A stretch of 64,000 bases of DNA from Octopus sinensis (lineage: Eukaryota). The position numbers were made by a program, and so were the translations under genes. The notes under the pieces are model-generated. The model was not told the DNA's origin. It did no database searches and worked only from the letters and a program-made list of their open reading frames with translations. Shown here piece by piece: positions 12,067 to 26,427 of the stretch; position 1 is the first letter of the stretch; the number at the start of each line of letters is the position of its first letter. The stretch spans positions 91,760,001 to 91,824,000 of the forward strand of contig NC_043002.1 of assembly GCF_006345805.1 (NCBI RefSeq). Direction: 5' to 3'.

Positions 12067-14699
12067 AAGAGCGAGCGAGAGAAAGAGAGAGAGTGGATGA
12101 AGTGTCATTAGCGGTCGAGTGTCCATCGTTGACAAGACCCAGCAAGGCTGAAATCACATGATCTGGCGTTCTCGATGCCAGAGGTGGCGTTCTCGATGCC
12201 AGAGGTGGCAGGGATTTATCTCCCCGCTGGAGAGTGCATAAACAGGAGTGCATTTTGCAGCAAAAAGTCAATGTGAGAGTTTCTCACATAGCAACTACCA
12301 TTTAATATACATTTATACATGCATACAGGTATGTACACACACACACACCACACACAGATAGATAGACAGATAGAGAGAGAGAGATCTATCAACAATCTAT
12401 CGATTGTATTTTGTGTTATAGATAGCTTTTTGAAAGCGATGTTGTTGTTATTGCTATTATAGTGTTGTTGATGTTGCTAGTGTTGCTGTTGTTGTTGTTG
12501 CTGTCGTTGTTGTTAGGCTTGAGATCAACCTTGACAGAAGAGACAGACATACAGTTCTGTAGTTCATTACTTTCTTTCAATGATCCCAACTACGCTGCGA
12601 AAAATATCTCTGAATTCGGAAAATTTATCATGAAGCACATTTTGAATATGTCCTTTCATTCTAACTATTGTGTGTGATTTTGATGCAAATTCTAGTAGTA
12701 GCGGTTGTGGGTTTCAAACATCATCTCATATAGCCGCCATTTTAAAATCAAGCTAGATTTCTTTCCTGCTGCATTGAACAGGGAGAGTGAATATTTTTCA
12801 TTGTATCACCAGCCGTTAATAAATACTTAGGGCCTTGGCTTCTGTTCATTAAAGGATGTCATTTTCAGATTATTAGAATCTTTTTTCGCTCACAACATTA
12901 AACAGGCCAACACCCACTTAACTGTTGGTTTTGCAAGTAGCAGGCGTCCCTGGGTATTTCCCTCGTGGCTATTATGTTATATTAGTGGAAGACAGAAATG
13001 GCATAGGATCCATTAAGCTTGTTTTAGTAAAAATGAAAAATCAAACATGTTTTGTGTGTATTTTTCTAATTTCCTCTTTATTGTCTTTTTGATACGTTGA
13101 AAGTTGCAGAGCAATATTAATTTCAGTAGGAGAGTAAAGGTATGATTCCAACCTAGAGTACTTTCACACTTTGTTTATCATTCTCTCTTGTGCCTATTGC
13201 AATTAATTTACTCCATTATCGCTGTTTATATAAACATGAATGTGACACTTTCCAATTTCTCACTGCTTGAAACTTTCTACCCAAATATAAAAATCGATAT
13301 TTTCCCCCTTTAAAATGTCGGTCGTTAACCTTGGTGACATGATACTCAGTCACGGCCCTTGCTTCATTAATATTAAAATAAAACACGTGGTGAGATGAAA
13401 TAATCGTTTCTAACATGGTTACATGAATAAATGATACTTAATAACACGATTAAATAAAATAATTGATTTTGATTTAGGCACAATGCCAGTAGTCTTAAAA
13501 TGATAGGGTGTTATATTAGTCGATACCATTGACTCCAGTACTTTATTGGTACTTTATTTTATTGATCCCAGATGGATGAAAGGAGAGATTCACCTTGAAG
13601 GGATTTCCATTCAAAATGGAAGCAGTGAAAACAAATACTGCTAACCATTTTTTTCCGGCGCTCTAACGTTTCTGACAGTTAGCTCCCCCTAGAAAGTTGT
13701 TAATAAGTTAGACACAAGGCAAGCAGTCACTAAGGAAAGGAGTATCGACAGCATCCAAGCAGTTTGGATTTGAATAACAGGACAATTACTGCAAAGCAGT
13801 TTTTTTTTTTTTACGACATTGTAAAGGATTCTGCTAGCTCACCGCCAAAAGACATTGACTTTAAACATTTAAACATTGACTTTTCCGCCACCAATGAATT
13901 CATGTGTAGTACGGATGTGACACCACTGTTTTATGTAAATGATCAACACTAAAGGAGACTCTAAATGCTAACTTTACCTGCGAGAAAAAGCTGTTCAATT
14001 TGTCTCAGATAACACACTACTGCTTCAGGAAAGGAAATGTTACAGTTCTTGTTCTGCATATACATAAACAGATGGGCGGTCATGACCAAAAATACTTTTC
14101 ATCGAAAGCTCCCTAATCAGAATCGCGCTGCAGCTATACACAGTTAACAGCAAAAATACAACGCATTCGGATCGATAAGAATTTGATACATTGTTTTTAT
14201 GAAAAAAATTATTTTGCTGTTGCTATTGCTGTTTTACAGAATTTAGCTTTGCTAAGCATACTTATGATCAGACATTCCATCCGTAATCATCCGTTTTCTT
14301 TTCTCGCGTATAGATTATATTATGTAGTGTTTTTTTTATGTTTTTGAGACAGTAGGGTTTGAAGTGAACTGTTTCTTGCAGACGGACTGACCACATAAAA
14401 CGTCACTTGGATAAGTCATAATGACCTTCCACTGAAATTATACAATAAGAGAGGGAGAGAGTGTGTGTGAGTATATATATACATATATGTACATTCAAAT
14501 ATACATACATACATACATACATACATACATACATACATACATACATACATACATACAAGCATACATACATACACACGCACATATATATATATATATATAT
14601 ATATTCGTGCATATATATATGTGGATAGGTATTTGTATGTACGTATGTGTATATGTGAGTATACAACTGCATAGGTATGTATATAAGTATGTGCTACAA

Positions 14700-16140
14700 C
14701 AGAAAGGAAACTATTCATCGACAAATAGACACTCCAGTCCCACCCGTGGTGTAATTAGAAATCTAATCACAGGGTTTAGCGGAAGAATCTCGTATCTATG
14801 GGCGAACGTTGAGATCTTCAACAGTGCCGAACCCCTCAATAACGAGGTACAAAGGAGGAGTAGCTGAATTTTAGCGTATAGATAGGATCTCCGCCCTACT
14901 CTCACACCCACAGGGAATTAGAAGTGAAAGATAACCTGCTTTTATCTTCCATTCAATCTAGATGTTTCCATTAATAATGTTAGAAGCTTTCTGACACTAA
15001 TTAAAAAAGCATTTCCAAAGAACCCATAGATATTACAAGCTCTTTAATTCCCATAGCGTCATGGTTAGCGACACATGTTGAGATAATATTGCTTCAAATA
15101 TTGCACGCTACAATAGAAGCAAACAGACTCGAACAGTTGTCATCTCTCTCCAACCTGTAACTCCCGAAAACATGCCAAGTGCCCATTAAAAGGATCCTAC
15201 TTTTCAAAGGTTCTAGACTACCCGACCACCTTCACACCAACGGATGGCATCATGAGACACGACATGGACACGATAGACAATATTATAAGGGAAAATACAA
15301 GTAAAACATTCATTACTTCTAGTGTAACGACAAAGAAAAATTCTACCTCCTTGAAAAATTTTATTCCGCGACCATCAAGTTGTCTTCCTCAGCATCAAAT
15401 GGAACATCTTTCACAGAACCTCTCTTTAGTCACCTGGATTTCGAAATTGCAAATTTGATCCCATGAGAAAATGTGCATAAAGAGCGTACAGTTTATCACA
15501 GAGTATGTAACGTATTATATCAGATCGTCGTAACCATCAATACGAAAAGTGAGCCATCCTATTGTTTTTCGCTGTCTGTCACTGATAACGCGGATATACC
15601 AGCATATGTTTAGCGGCCAACGCACAAAAGCCGTACAGATTGCAGCCCACTATCGCTCATGCAGACCACGCAAGTTCATAAGTAACTTGACACCATCGAA
15701 TCAGTTACTTTCCTATGAGGCAAAATGTCTTTGAAATGCTACGCTCTAGAAAATGCCGCCTAAATGACGTAAACAGCATCCATACTTGTTATGTAAGAAC
15801 TGATGTCATTAAGATATTTATTATACCCAGCATAATGCGGACCAACTGACGTCAGCATACAGTCTGCTTTACTATGCGGGATTCCAATGAAAGAAATGAT
15901 GTTGCTAAGAGAGCTAAGTCCACCTCGTCACCTGAACTGACCAATGCAGGCTTAAATAAACTCAGCAGGAAATAATTTGAAATTTCTTTTAAATTCTCTT
16001 CTTTCTCACTCTGAATATCTGATGATGTGAGCAAATTATACATCACGAAACTTTAAGTAATGTGGAGCTGGGTCAAATTAATTAAATACATATAACTCCA
16101 ACAAAATATGCTGAGTGGCACATTCATTAGTTTCCTCATT
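14700..16140 (+). mobile_element. Penelope-like element, 5' truncated: RT thumb, GIY-YIG relic and pLTR with hammerhead
   Basis: Translations include GVIRNLITGFSGRISYLWANVEIFNSAEP, PFNLDVSINNVRSFLTLIKKAFPK..RYYKLFNSHSVMVS, CPLKG and IKWNI, all typical Penelope-clade motifs, with frameshifts. Hammerhead at 16015. Confidence 0.8.
16015..16063 (+). ncRNA. Minimal type I hammerhead ribozyme in Penelope pLTR
   Basis: atat-CTGATGA-t-gtga...tcac-GAAA-ctttaag-TA-atgt. Core intact, near-palindromic stem III ACTT(T)AAGT, GUA cleavage site. Stems I and II are only 4 bp. Confidence 0.65.
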
Positions 16141-16329
16141 GATATAAACGGTCAGACAAACATCAAGACAACACACACACACACACACACGTACATACAC
16201 ACACGCACACTCTCACAGACACACACATACATACATGTGTGTGTGTGTGTGGTGTATAAGCCATCTAAGAGTCCAATAAGTCAGGAACAACATGCTTTCG
16301 TATATCTGCCAGTAGAGTGGGTGCATTAA

Positions 16330-16760
16330 TCGAAGTGAAGAGTATTATATTGCCATTACGCCCGATCTTACCAATAAACTTTGCACTAGGGTTTCAGCCG
16401 GAGTGTTAGGTAACAAACAGTCCGATTATGTAAGCCTTCGCTCTCCAGAGGTAGCCGTTATGGAATGAAATATGATGACTACTCTCTGCTGTTGGAGTTG
16501 GAGATGAATAGACACATTCGGTTTGTGGTTGCTGGGAAAAGGATGAAGAAAATGATCGAGCTGGGGTTAAGTTAAGAGTTATGTCTGTTGGTCCAAAAAC
16601 ATCATCTCGGGTGGGTCGTTTTGTTGCAAGTCGTTGAGAGTTTTCTGGAAAAGAGTTTATGGGAAATGTATCTTTAAGGCTGGTGTTCTTGTGGAAATGG
16701 AATGAATGTAGTAGTACTATATGCATAGTTTTTGAAGGGAGGAACACATACAAATGTTGG
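16330..16760 (-). mobile_element. Possible second Penelope-like remnant
   Basis: LLHSFHFHKNTSLKDTFPINSF loosely resembles the PLE thumb motif YLH..S.HP..TK.SIP.SQF, and a degraded CTGGAGA..GAAAC motif lies at the 3' end. Confidence 0.3.
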
Positions 16761-16899
16761 TTTGTTAGCGTTTTCTTTCTGTTATGTTTTGGTTAAATTA
16801 TTGGGGCATCTATGCATGCATGCTGTGTGTGTAGTGGTAGAAATGCGTGGGGGTTTATAGTCTATATTCCACTACCCCCAATATAAACTCCCACACATA

Positions 16900-17770
16900 T
16901 TATCATATTGGTCTGAGCAGATGTACTTCAAGAGGATACTGCTTGGATTTTATCCTACCTAAATGTTGTTGTTGGTGGTGATCCATCGGTATCCGACGAT
17001 GACAAAATCTGTGTTCTCTGCGAATGTGACTCCGCAGTTCAGAGATCGAAGCACATAAGCACCCATAGGTATCGCAACTTGTTCCGTTTTGCTGCCACAC
17101 ATCCTGCACAGGTGCAATTCATTGCTCTTAGCTATTTGGAAATTGGAGTTAATTTGTCCTCGTGTTTGTTCCTGAGCAGAGCATGTCGATGCCTAAGTGC
17201 ATCCTTTTAGATCACCTATCCGTACCCACAGCCAAGTGTTGATGTTAACTTTTCCTTCTATTTCTCCGAGGTATTGCCTATGCCTCACTTTTATATTCCA
17301 GTTGTTCAATCTTTGTTCTCCATGTTCTTTATTAAATACGTTTGAGTGTCACATTTTCACTTGGTATCTTCTTGCTATTTCTAACAGCAACAACCAAAAG
17401 TTCAATCTGCTTTTTGACGTACCATCCCAGACTGTTTTCCTCATTGGCAACACAGATCTTGCAGCCCATGAAACCTCTTCCTCTCTTCTTTCTTGCTACA
17501 CACAATCCATTCCCGTTCACTGTCATCCCTTTCCTGGATTTTCCGTATTATTTCCTCCAGCTCGATGTTTTTGTATCTAACAATACTGCATTAAGGATAC
17601 AACCCATGTATTCATTGCTCTGATTATGTTCTTTCCATTGAGTCTTGCTCGTCATAATTAATTTGAATCTCCTGAGTTAATCTCGCCATACCTTTCCTTC
17701 ATCCCAATCTCCATAATTTATGTCATACTCTAAAACACCAGATACATCTACCTGAACATCCTTGATTCTC
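16900..17770 (-). mobile_element. Dong/R4-like LINE relic (RT thumb to zinc knuckle)
   Basis: YLGVLE..LNGKNIIRAMNTWVVSLMQY, ARKKRGRGFMGCKICVANEENSLGWY, GDLKG..SAQEQ, CRMCGSK. Many stops and frameshifts. Confidence 0.8.
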
Positions 17771-17835
17771 TCGCCGTTGGGTAGTTCTACACTATATGAC
17801 GACAATATTTTGACTTTTTTATGATATGTATACAA

Positions 17836-18050
17836 TGTGGAGGCGCAATGGCCCAGTGGTTAGGGCAGCGGACTCGCAGTCGGAGGATCGCGGTTTCGAT
17901 TCCCAGACCGGGCATTGTGTGTGTTTATTGAGCAAAAACATCTAAAAGCTCCACGATGCTCCAACGGGGGGGGGGGCGACCCCTGTTGTACTAAGATAAC
18001 GGCGGTGCATCAGCATGGCCGCAGCTCTGAGCTGAAACTAGAAAAATAAA
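17836..18050 (+). mobile_element. SINE family D head (tRNA-Arg-like) joined to a family A-type tail
   Basis: ggcgcaatggcccagtggttagggcagcggactcgc..gtttcgattcccagacc, then gcggtgcatcagcatggccgcag..ctgaaactag. Confidence 0.75.
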
Positions 18051-18619
18051 ATGCTATTTAACTTCAAATTCCATTATTATTATTGAGTGAGAAAGCAGTG
18101 CATGTCATCAAATTGACACTGGGTAAAATATACAAAGCCCAACATACCCATCATGACTACCCGTCTGATAAGGGTACATCAGGCACATGCATCACAACCA
18201 TATGTGCATGACATGGTGATCTCATATCACGATAACAACGCACGATTTTTTGCAGCTGGGGCCAGTTTAGAATTTTCTTCAGATCGAGTAGCACATCCTG
18301 CTCAAAAGGTCCCTGAAAAAGAGTTGTTTAAGGGTGTTGAATGAAGCACCAACGTTTCTACAAATGAATTATTCAAAACCCAGAGAAATCCTCTTGACAC
18401 ACAGTTATGATGCCCCCATCCCGCCCTACTACTTCTGATCATGATCAAGGGGACGTGTTCAACTGGTTATGTTCACTGACAAGCAAATGTGTGGTATTGA
18501 GAAGAATATTTGCTGTAGCCCATCTTTTATACCAAGACAAAACAATGTACATGATAACACTTCCAAACAGTTAAGATCAGAAGCCATGAGAGCCACTGCC
18601 TGGTACTGCATCAGGGCAT

Positions 18620-19050
<431 letters not shown>

Positions 19051-19084
19051 TTGAGATATTAAATAAAATATGGTCTGTTGTCTT

Positions 19085-19530
19085 CTGCTAAACTGGGATC
19101 ATCCCTTGACTCTAGGGTCACAGCAGGTCCTCAACTTATGGAGAGCACACGGCGTAAAATGTGTGCGGAACATGGCAACACTATTTTCTGAAGTTCTCCC
19201 ACGTTAACACTGTAAGGGAGTTTGTTGACCTGCTTATCAAGGCCCTTTTTAATTAACACTAACGCTCCATTCACCACTGGAACTGTGCTGATTTTCACCC
19301 CCCACATCTTGGTCTTTGTATTTAAATAATTTCTCAACTTCTTTAATGGACACATTTCTCTCTGATGGTACTATCACATCTATCATTAAGCATTTCTTAT
19401 TCTTCCCATCTTTGATGATTATGTCTGGCCTGTTTGCCTTGATTTCTTTATTGGTGTTGATTGGCATGTCCCAGAGTACTGTTACATCATATTTTCCGGT
19501 CATAGTTTCAGGTTTATCAATAAAATAAGT
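19085..19530 (-). mobile_element. Second Dong/R4-like REL nuclease fragment
   Basis: TVLWDMPINTNKEIKANRPDIIIKD..CLMIDVIVPSERNVSIKEVEKLFKYKD and WGVKISTVPVVNGAL..SAHILRRVLSI. Confidence 0.9.
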
Positions 19531-19594
19531 TCTAGTTATGATTGATTTCTGTTACTCCCACTGGTTGGTAAATGGCAACTGCCGCTCAGTAAAT

Positions 19595-19910
19595 AAATCA
19601 TGTTGTTTGTTCCTTCTCGAGCCATGCCTGGCTCATAAGGGCCGGTTTCCCCGTTTCTTGGCGTATAGGTTCCCCACCTGGAAGGGACGCCAGTCCATCG
19701 CAGGTGAGCTGCAAGATGCAGGAGGAAAGAGAGAGAGAGAAAGTTGTGGCGAAAGAGTCAGCAGAAGTTTCGCCATTACCTTCTGCCGGAAGGTTAGGTA
19801 TTTCGCTCATAAACAAACACATCATCCGGTCTGAGATTCGAACCCGCGAACCCTCGATCCCTCGACCGCGAGTCCTCTGCTCTAGCCACAAGGCCATGTG
19901 CCTCTTCAAA
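19595..19910 (-). mobile_element. SINE family D-related head with tail Z
   Basis: Reverse strand ggcacatggccttgtggctagagcagaggactcgcggtc..gactctttcgccacaactttctctc, tail gcgatggactggcgtccc..gaaaccggcccttatgagcc. Confidence 0.8.
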
Positions 19911-21192
19911 TAAAACCTGCAAAGTTCATAAGCCGGAATTCTCAATGCCTGCTTCTTGCTTCTTAGCTAATTGGTTAATCACAGATAACATCAGATCTGT
20001 ACGTCTTCTTTTGATTCGTGTTGTCTCCTATATTATTCTTTCATATAATTGCTTATTAATGCAGATGCTCAGGTTTTGCTTCAATTCTGCTCTTAAGCGG
20101 ACTTTCAGTTGTTTATATTTGCCACTCATTACATTACTGCCGTCTGTTCGTTATCAGTTACTTCTTGATTGTGTATTAGCCGTATGTTCATTTTTGTATT
20201 ATTGGTGTTATCGCATCGGTCACTGTTCATGTTATTTCGTTGCAAGCTAACGCTGATGTTTGGCGCTAAATCCCAGCTATTTTCCATCGTCTTCATATAA
20301 CCGATTGAATGATTTTTCCCTAACCTTTTTAAAGAATGAAATGAGATTCAGTTCAATGCAGAGGTCCACTGAAATTTGTCTCGAGATTCTACATCTGAGT
20401 GTACACGAACGTGTTAAATATAATGGTACTTACCTGTAGTTCAATCAACGTTGCTTCATGCGCCGCTAATTAATTAATTTTTGCCTAATTAATTAATTTT
20501 TACCTGATCAAACGTTGCACTCATCAGTAAATGCACTATTTCCTGTTTAAATATAAGAACAGCTGTTTCTTAGTGTAGCAATGTACAATGGATCAAGTGG
20601 CCAGAACAAAAAAAAACCTGTGAGTTCAATGTTCCGGTGACATTATTCATAAGTTATCGGTTTGTTTTCACATATATTGTCTGTAAGAATTTCCTTATAC
20701 AGTTTCCACAACGAAGGTCTTTTCACAATCAAGTGTATATGAAGGTACTAAGTTCTTTTTGTACATACATACATGTACGCATTCATGCATGCATGCATAC
20801 ATACATGCTTACATACATACACACACAAGCATATGCATATATATGTGTATGTGTGTGCGCGCGCTTAGACATACATAAGACATACATACATACATACATA
20901 CATATATACATATATACATATATGCATATTTTGTATTTATATTTGTGTAACATTGTCCGTTTTTTCCGTCCATGTTTTTGTATACATTCCCTGCTTTCTT
21001 CCAAGGAATCTAATGCTCTTAGCTTAGTTTTTCCTTGGGGCTGACCAGATTGGAGCAATCCCAAGAATAATCAGCCGAAATTGCGAGGATAATCTGGTGC
21101 TTGACTAAAGAAAGAAAACTTCGAACGACCCGTTCTTGTTTTCTTTGTATCGTCTATCTGGATGTTTTGTGTTCTTGTCCCATTTTGTATTT

Positions 21193-21228
<36 letters not shown>

Positions 21229-22505
21229 ATATATATATATTTATAAACGAATCCAACAAAATCCTCTTTAGGTTCTGGTCATTCTGAAGCTGTGACGTGA
21301 ATGTTGTGGTTAGTCATTGTATCACTCTGTAGAATCGAACTCAGACCTCATAGCTGTTAAATCTGTTCAGTGGCACAGCCATACTTGTAGAGAAACATTC
21401 CATTGTTATTTTTATTCTTTAAACTTTAGTTAATACTTAACCAAATGGTTATTCCAATTATGCTATATAATGGGGACTAGGACATTGAATGTCGTTACCA
21501 AGGAACTATGAAATTGCTAAATCAACATAGACGACAATAGTTGAAGTACTCGTATCGTTAAACAACATAGAAGAAGCTTCTTGGAAATTTCGTTTACGAG
21601 ACGTGTTTGCGTGTGATTGGCAATTCCGTGTATGTATTAACGTTATTTGAGTTTCTCAGGCTATGTGTGTCCATATATGTGTGATTGTGTATGTATGAAT
21701 TTGATTTGTGTATAGACAAAATTATTTGTGCCTTTCTGCTCATATATTTGTATTTGTGTACGCGAGTGTGATAGCGTACGAGTGAGCGTAAGTGGAAGAA
21801 TATGTGCGCAAATTTTTATACGTATGTGAACGTGTGTATATTTTGGTTTTATGACATGTGTTCGTGTGTTTGCAGTGTCTTCTTCGGTGTATTTTGTTAT
21901 TCAAGTCAGATAAACACATTACCAACAAAGCTACGATATTGATCTCTATTAAAGACCGAATTTAGCATAACTAACTCAATCTCCGGCTCTTTACTGGCAG
22001 ACATCTTTTATCAGTTTGATGGCCAACCATCTTGGTAATAAAAAATTAAATCAATGGAAATAGGGATTGACGAGGAAATCTTACAAACAAGCAACATTTC
22101 CAACACACTAAATAAAAACATTTTCCAAGTTTTCCTCCATAACTGTGAAAAGTAAAAAAAAAAAAAACGCACGTATCCTAGCACACAAATACACATACAT
22201 AGTCGTATGCACAATGTGACACCCATATACACTCAAACTCACACAAACGCACACTTTCTCCTTAACTCCCTCCATCCCACCATAACACACTCATTCACTA
22301 ACATGTGCATACACCAATAAGATTGTGATAAAAATCAATGGTAAATTCAACAAAATAGACGTTTCGTTTGACTAGAAATGTTGCAGACCGCGACAAAGAT
22401 CAGTAACAGCTTTTCTAAACTATAAGCTTAGATCTCTATGGTATAGAAAATCCACAGCTCACCACACATAGTAACACACATATACACATATATACCTATA
22501 TATAT

Positions 22506-22536
<31 letters not shown>

Positions 22537-22769
22537 GTATAATATATATATATATATATAGACATAAATACAGACACATACATACATAAATGTATGTATG
22601 TATTAAATATATAAATGTGTACATTTACACATACATATATATATATATATAATATATATATATATATATTATATATATATATGTATACATATATGTGTGT
22701 ACACAGTTATCTATATGTGTAAATATATGCACATATACATATGCAGTGATATATCCATACGTTCACACA

Positions 22770-23016
22770 CACTCATACATACATACATAATACACACATG
22801 CATGCATGCATACATACATACATTCATACATACATACATACATACATACATACATGCATACATACATACATGCATACATACATACATACATACATACATA
22901 CATACATACATACATACATACATACATACATGCATGCATTCGTACATACATACATACATACATACATACATACATACATACATACATACTTACATACATA
23001 CATACATACATACATA
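22770..23016. repeat. (TACA)n/(CATA)n microsatellite
   Basis: Read directly. Source of the YIHT/MYVC ORFs. Confidence 0.95.
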
Positions 23017-24813
23017 GACAGAGAAAAATGTCTGCACCATTGAAATTAAATATTCATTGAGTAAGAGAACAGTTTTCGAACATACAACTGTTTAGATAAT
23101 CAATGACAATAACGTTCCAATGCAGTTTATATATGATTGCTATATCAGGTTGGTTGCCAAGTTCGACTATATTGACCTGCTAAATTAGTCGACGGACTGA
23201 CCGATCAACCAATTGACCTACCTCTACATTTACTATTGTAACAAGGAGCTCTAACAAATGACTAATGGAATTATTTGAGAAACGTCTAACCAGTTACCCA
23301 AAGAACTAAGTGCAACCAAGCGACAACCAGCCGAACGACCAATCAACTAGCAAAGAAACAATCAACAAGTTCCTGAAAGAGATTGTAAGTTTCTGTCAGC
23401 TTAAGAAGGGAACCTATCTGCATATCCCTTTAGCATTTAAACCGGCCATATCCGGCCAAAAGTATTCTGCCTGTTTTATGTTCAAACTGGCCAGATCTGG
23501 TCTCTCACACCAACCCTACAATATCATTTTAAAACTTAACAGCTACCTCATCAAAATCTCATAGCTACAAGATAATGCATGATTAAGTCAAAACAATGTG
23601 GATGAAGAAGCATTAATTGTGGCAGAATAATGTGAACACTAAAGGGATATGTCTACAGGTATATGTACGCGTCGTACAAATGCATAAAACTTGTCCAGTA
23701 GTTGTGTTACATAACAACTTTTAAATTTATTAATTAGTCTACTGATTTCTGCGAAGAAAGACGCTGCATCAAACATCATCAATGACCTGTCTTCACCACA
23801 CATGAAATTATCTTATTTACTGATTGGGAGGACACATGGTTAAGTGGTTAAGAGATTCGCATTGAACCGAAGTCATTTCGAGCACCATCCTATTGTACAA
23901 TTGTGTAGCAAATTTGATCTATCACATGTTTTAAAACCACAATCCGCATGTTGATGGGTGTAACGGAGTACCCTATTGTAAGAATTTTGGTTTGCTCCCT
24001 TATGAAAGAGTAACTTCCGGCCACGTGATCATCGAGGTTACGCTTCTTTCTCTAAGTCGTATAAGAGAAAGTAAATTAAATTTGGAATAAAAATTGTTTT
24101 CGACACAAATCCTCACCATTTAACTCAGGTTCTATATATTTTTAAATATTAATATTATATGAGACATAAGTTTTAGAAGATCTTATCATGAAGTTGTAAC
24201 GTTCATGGCTTTCCAAGAAGCATTAATTAAGTGTTTCAAGTTGAGAAACCTAGTCGGAACATAGAAAGCACTCAAAGTCCAAATGGTAGTTAAAACTGGC
24301 AAGTGTTTCCCAGCCAACGAGCTTCTGCACAGGTTGCGTTTATTCTATTTCATTCACAAGTTTTGGATCAAACCATGAGTTTGAACCGAAATTCAACCAT
24401 TTTAATGTAGAGGTAAGTGGATGGCCCAGCGGATGGTTTATTCTTCTTTTCAATGCTAGTATCTAACTGCAGAGAAGACCAACTGGACACCAACACATGC
24501 AGAATATAAATACAAAGTCAATCTGCAAAAAAATACGATTTGCTTAATTAAAAAAAGAAAGAAAGCAAGATCAAACCAAAGGATGTTACCCACATCACTT
24601 TGATTGCAAACAGCCGTCTTTGCTAACATGCGTTTTAAGAACAACAGAGTTTCCCAACGCATATTTTCAGGAACATCTTTTGAAGTGTCGTGAAGTAGTA
24701 TCGATCTACTAGTACCTCTCACCACTTAGTGTTTCTAGTTTTGTCCAAAAAAAAAAAAAACTAGTAACCATTAGAAAAGTCTCTACGTTAGCACTAACGG
24801 TTTGCCTTTGAAA

Positions 24814-25043
24814 GGCGGCGAGCTGGCAGAAACGTTAGCACGCCGGGCGAAATGCTACGTGGTATTTCGTCTGCCGTTACATTCTGAGTTCAAATTCCGC
24901 CGAGGTCGACTTTGCTTTTCATCCTTTCGGGGTCGATAAATACGTACCATTTACGCACTGGGGTCGATATAATCGACTTAATCCGTTTGTCTGTCCTTGT
25001 TTGTTCTCTCTGCGTTTAGACCCTTGTGGGTAGTAAAGAAATA
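24814..25043 (+). mobile_element. SINE family C, full length with 15-bp TSD
   Basis: Head ggcggcgagctggcagaaacgttagc, B-box gagttcaaattcc, central gactttgcttttcatcctttcggggtcgataaa (Meta/Sauria-like domain from memory). TSD ggtttgcctttgaaa at 24799-24813 and 25044-25058. Confidence 0.92.
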
Positions 25044-25957
25044 GGTTTGCCTTTGAAATGTACTTCAGTACATTTTAACTGATTAACAGCTTACTTTTAA
25101 AATGTACTCTTAAGTTCATATACAATATGTCTCTCAGTCGTATTCATTCCACCATCAACCAATATTTTTACTGAATGTTGCCACTGAAAGAACTGTACTA
25201 TTGGTATCGCCAGTCTAAATGTCATGCGAATGTCAAAAACACGCTCTGAATTTATTCTTTACTCGAGTGGAAAAATAAACTAATGCGTATATGTGTTTAG
25301 GTATATAGAACATTTGAAGAGGTAGAAACTCATAGCAATGACCTTGGATCATACAAGTGTAAATATGTATCATTGAAAAAAAAAAAACGTATGCATGTAT
25401 ATGTGTATGAATGTATATATGAATATATGTATGCATGTATTTATGTAAGCATGCATTGCATGTATGTATGAACGTATGCATGCATGCAGAATGGATGGAT
25501 GGATGGATGGATGGATGGATGGAAGGAAGATAAGTGCTCTGCTTATATTTATCTAATTTCTTTCCGGTAAAGAAAAAGCCAGCCTTTAGTCAATATATAT
25601 CCGCGCACTCCACTATATATATATGTGCATAGCTGTCGTTGCAGGCGTGGATTTATAGTTCGAATAATGTTTGTATACACATACCTGTCCATATCTACCT
25701 ACTACAGTCTAAATCTCTTGAATGGTTTACATATTTTTGCAGTTACACTAATGTCTTGTAGATGTAATTTTTAATCAACTGTAACCTTTCTGATTTTCAG
25801 AAGCGCAGCGTTTCATGGTTGTTGTTGAGGCGTTCATTACATATACATTCTTTCAAATTGCCACAATTATAAATCGAATGCAATTGTTATGGTCTTGAAC
25901 CTAGAGACTTCTCATTAATTCGCCATGGATGTTTTTCTTTTACTTTTATCTTCTATA

Positions 25958-26129
25958 TAGGCGTAGGAGTGGCTGTGTGGTAAGTAGCTTGCTTACCAAC
26001 CACATGGTTCCGGGTTCAGTCCCAATGCGTGGCACCTTGGGCAAGTGTCTTCTACTATAGCCTCGGGCCGACCAAAGCCTTGTGAGTGGATTTGGTTGAC
26101 GGAAATGAAAGAAGCCCGTTGTATATATG

Positions 26130-26200
<71 letters not shown>

Positions 26201-26427
26201 TGTGTGTGTGTGTGTGTGTCTGTGTTTGTCCCTCCAACATAGCTTGACAACCGATGATGGTGTGTTTACGTCCTCGTAACATAGCGGTTCGGCAAAAGAG
26301 ACCGATACAATAGGTACTAGGCTTACAAAGAATAAGTCCTGGGGTCGATTTGCTCGACTAAAGGCGGTGCTCCAGCATGGCCGCAGTCAAATGACTGAAA
26401 CAAGTAAAGGAGTAAAAGAGAGTAAAG
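25958..26427 (+). mobile_element. SINE family A, full length with expanded internal (TA)n(TG)n
   Basis: Collinear with the copies at 1451 and 54943. Confidence 0.92.

Noticed and set aside
17836-17910. tRNA-Arg-like sequence (also at 41065 and 47679)
   Set aside because: It continues into a SINE body and lacks a proper acceptor stem, so it is a SINE head rather than a tRNA gene.
24333-24418. Possible exon ending at GAG|gtaagt (FGSNHEFEPKFNHFNVE)
   Set aside because: The acceptor is ambiguous, no homology was recognised, and the phase cannot be linked to other candidate exons.
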